A stretch of 64,000 nt of DNA, taken from an uncultured Candidatus Binatia bacterium (GTDB lineage Bacteria; Desulfobacterota; Binatia; UBA9968; JAJDTQ01). Under the pieces are notes generated by a model. That model had not been told where the DNA came from. It was given only the letters and a program-made list of their open reading frames with translations, and did not search any database. The position numbers and the translations under genes were made by a program. The stretch covers positions 2,592,001 to 2,656,000 of the forward strand of contig OZ251459.1 in the NCBI GenBank assembly GCA_965242525.1. The letters run 5' to 3'. Shown in pieces: positions 62,095 through 64,000 of the stretch (within the stretch, counting starts at the first letter, position 1; every line of letters starts with the position of its first letter).

Positions 62095-63294
62095 TCAGAC
62101 CGCCTTCTCCCGGCGCAGCCGCGCGATGGAGTCGGCGTCGTAGCCCAGCTCCTCCAGGATCGAGTCGGTGGCGCCGCCCAGTTCCGGGATGGGGTCCAGG
62201 CGCGCGGGACTGCCGGACAGGCGCAGCGGGCTGCCGATGACCGGCACCTTGCCCACGGGCGAATCCACCTCCCGGATCATGCGCCGGGCCGCCACCTGGG
62301 GATGGGCCAGCACCTGGGCGATGCCCCGGACCCGTCCGTTGGGCAGGCCCGCGTCTTGCAGGCGCTGGAGCCAAGTCTCGTGGCCGTGCTCCAGGAACAG
62401 GTTTTCGATGGTCTCTTCGAGCACGCCGCGGTTCTCCCGCCGGGCCTCCACCGTGGCGAAGCGGGGGTCCTCCGTCAGCGAGGGGCGCTGCATCACCTTG
62501 AGGCAGAAGACCTCCCAGTCCCGGGGGGTGGCCACCGCCAGGTTGACGTACTCGCCGTCGCCCGCCAAGTACGGCCCGTAGGGGGTGACGTAGTGGTGGC
62601 GCATTCCCACGCGGGCGGGTTCCTCGCCCCGGTGCCAGTAGTGGTGCGGGAAGTACCCCAGCCAGGAAAGGATGCTCTCGAACATGGAGATGTCGATGAC
62701 CTGCCCGGCGCCGGTCTTCTCCCGCTGGAACAGCGCCAGCACGATGCCCAGGGCCGCGTACATGCCCGAGGCGATGTCGGAGATGGACACGCTCGCCCGG
62801 GCGGGCCTGTCGGGGTAGCCGGTGGTGGCGATGATCCCGGCCTCGCCCTGGATCAGGAGGTCGTATGCCTTCACGTCCCGGTAGGGGCCGTCCTGTCCGT
62901 AGCCCGAGAGGGAGCAATAGACCAGGCGGGGGTTCAACTCGCGCAGCCGCTCCCAGCCGAGGCCCAGCCGCTCCGCCACCCCCGGCGCGTAGTTCTCGAA
63001 GAAGACGTCGCTCTTGCCTGCGAGCTTGTGGAGGACCTCCAGGCCCTGGGGCTTCTTGGCGTCCACGGTGAGGCTCTTCTTGTTGCGGTTGAGCCACACG
63101 TAGCCCGACGACAGGCCCCGCACCGCGGTGTCCCAGTGGCGGATCAGGTCACCCACTTCCGGGCGCTCGACCTTGACGACCTCCGCCCCCATCTCCGCCA
63201 GCAGGCCGGTGCAGAAAGGGCCGGAGAGGACCTGTTCGAAGGCCATGACCCGCACGCCGCCCAGGGCCAGGGCGTGGTTGCCGCTACTCGCCAT
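62095..63294 (-). CDS. CaiB/BaiF family III CoA-transferase
   Basis: GAEVVKVERP, NRNKKS, SGYGQDGPY motifs and catalytic SISD. Confidence 0.92.
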   Translation of the reverse strand: MASSGNHALALGGVRVMAFEQVLSGPFCTGLLAEMGAEVVKVERPEVGDLIRHWDTAVRGLSSGYVWLNRNKKSLTVDAKKPQGLEVLHKLAGKSDVFFENYAPGVAERLGLGWERLRELNPRLVYCSLSGYGQDGPYRDVKAYDLLIQGEAGIIATTGYPDRPARASVSISDIASGMYAALGIVLALFQREKTGAGQVIDISMFESILSWLGYFPHHYWHRGEEPARVGMRHHYVTPYGPYLAGDGEYVNLAVATPRDWEVFCLKVMQRPSLTEDPRFATVEARRENRGVLEETIENLFLEHGHETWLQRLQDAGLPNGRVRGIAQVLAHPQVAARRMIREVDSPVGKVPVIGSPLRLSGSPARLDPIPELGGATDSILEELGYDADSIARLRREKAV

Positions 63295-63790
63295 CGACGA
63301 TCTCCGGGAAGATGTCCCGCCGGGGGGCATGGGCCTTGCGCCATACCATGACGCTGCGGACGTAGTCGATGACCACCTTGCCTTCCTGCTGCACCCCCCG
63401 GGTGCGGACCTTGACGATGCCCCACTGGGGCTTCGACTTGGAGTCGCGCTTCTCCAGGACCTCGGACTCGGAGTAGAGGGTGTCCCCGGCGAACAGCGGG
63501 TTGGGCAGCCGGATCCGGTCCCAGCCCAGGGCGAACCCGTTCTCGCTCACGTCCGCCACCCCCATGCCGGCCACGATGGCCAGGGTCAGCGCGCTGTTGA
63601 CGAGGCACTTGCCGAACTCGGTCCGCTTGCCGTACTCGTTGTTGAAGTGGATCTGGTTCGTGTTGTTGGTGAGCAGCGTGAACCAGATGTTGTCGTTCTC
63701 CGTCACCGTGCGCCCCACCCGGCACCGGTACACGTCGCCGACGGCGAAATCCTCGAAATAGCGTCCTTCCCAGCCTGTCTTGACTGCCAT
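63284..63790 (-). CDS. MaoC-family dehydratase
   Basis: GRYFEDF, NTNQIHFN, PLFAGDTL motifs; GAGG RBS. Confidence 0.9.
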   Translation of the reverse strand: MAVKTGWEGRYFEDFAVGDVYRCRVGRTVTENDNIWFTLLTNNTNQIHFNNEYGKRTEFGKCLVNSALTLAIVAGMGVADVSENGFALGWDRIRLPNPLFAGDTLYSESEVLEKRDSKSKPQWGIVKVRTRGVQQEGKVVIDYVRSVMVWRKAHAPRRDIFPEIVDGE

Positions 63791-64000
63791 GGGGGCCTCC
63801 TCGATCCAGGGAACGTCTGACCCATACCGGCTTGGGCACGAACCGGCAACATGGTTTACACGGCAAGGCGTATGGTACAAACCGGGAGCATGACTTACAA
63901 TGGGCGGAACCCCGGCCCCGAAGAACAGGGCCGCCCGGACTGGCCGACCGGGCCAGGGAGCCGCCCGGGAGAAGGAAGAGGACGCTGATGACGACTTGCG

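Noticed and set aside
59083-63097. Long 982-aa and 1074-aa ORFs
   Set aside because: Antisense or alternate-frame shadows of acnA and the CoA-transferase, typical of high-GC DNA; no recognisable motifs.

Overview
This is a high-GC bacterial chromosomal window; a delta-proteobacteria-like lineage is a low-confidence guess from DUF4911 and apparent selenocysteine use. The left part (2.2-16 kb) is a defence island: a complete restriction-like DUF499 / DUF3780 / DUF1156 methyltransferase / PLD-SNF2 helicase system. It carries two nested passengers: a FitA-like antitoxin with a PIN-DUF3775-like toxin, and a low-GC three-gene cassette (winged-helix-like protein, ParA-family ATPase, stand-alone RelA/SpoT synthetase-domain protein). 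That cassette is the best candidate for an undescribed system. The rest holds housekeeping and catabolic genes (rnr, AsmA, paa-like beta-oxidation operon with TetR, nfo, sirtuin, ilvD, clpS-clpA, acnA, MFS/LLM/MaoC genes) and tRNA-Val(CAC). Four things are not visible in the ORF track: (1) a CxxU AhpD/CMD-type selenoprotein with a SECIS-like hairpin (33851-34117); (2) a MITE family with IS5-like ends and 4-bp target duplications; (3) REP-like repeats translated in frame inside the methyltransferase and inside a lipoprotein signal peptide; (4) an IS5 transposase N-terminus fused to a surface lipoprotein. A second candidate system is a coupled three-gene operon at 45549-47418 that resembles a toxin-antitoxin(-chaperone) module. 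All family assignments come from motif recognition by eye; no database search was run.
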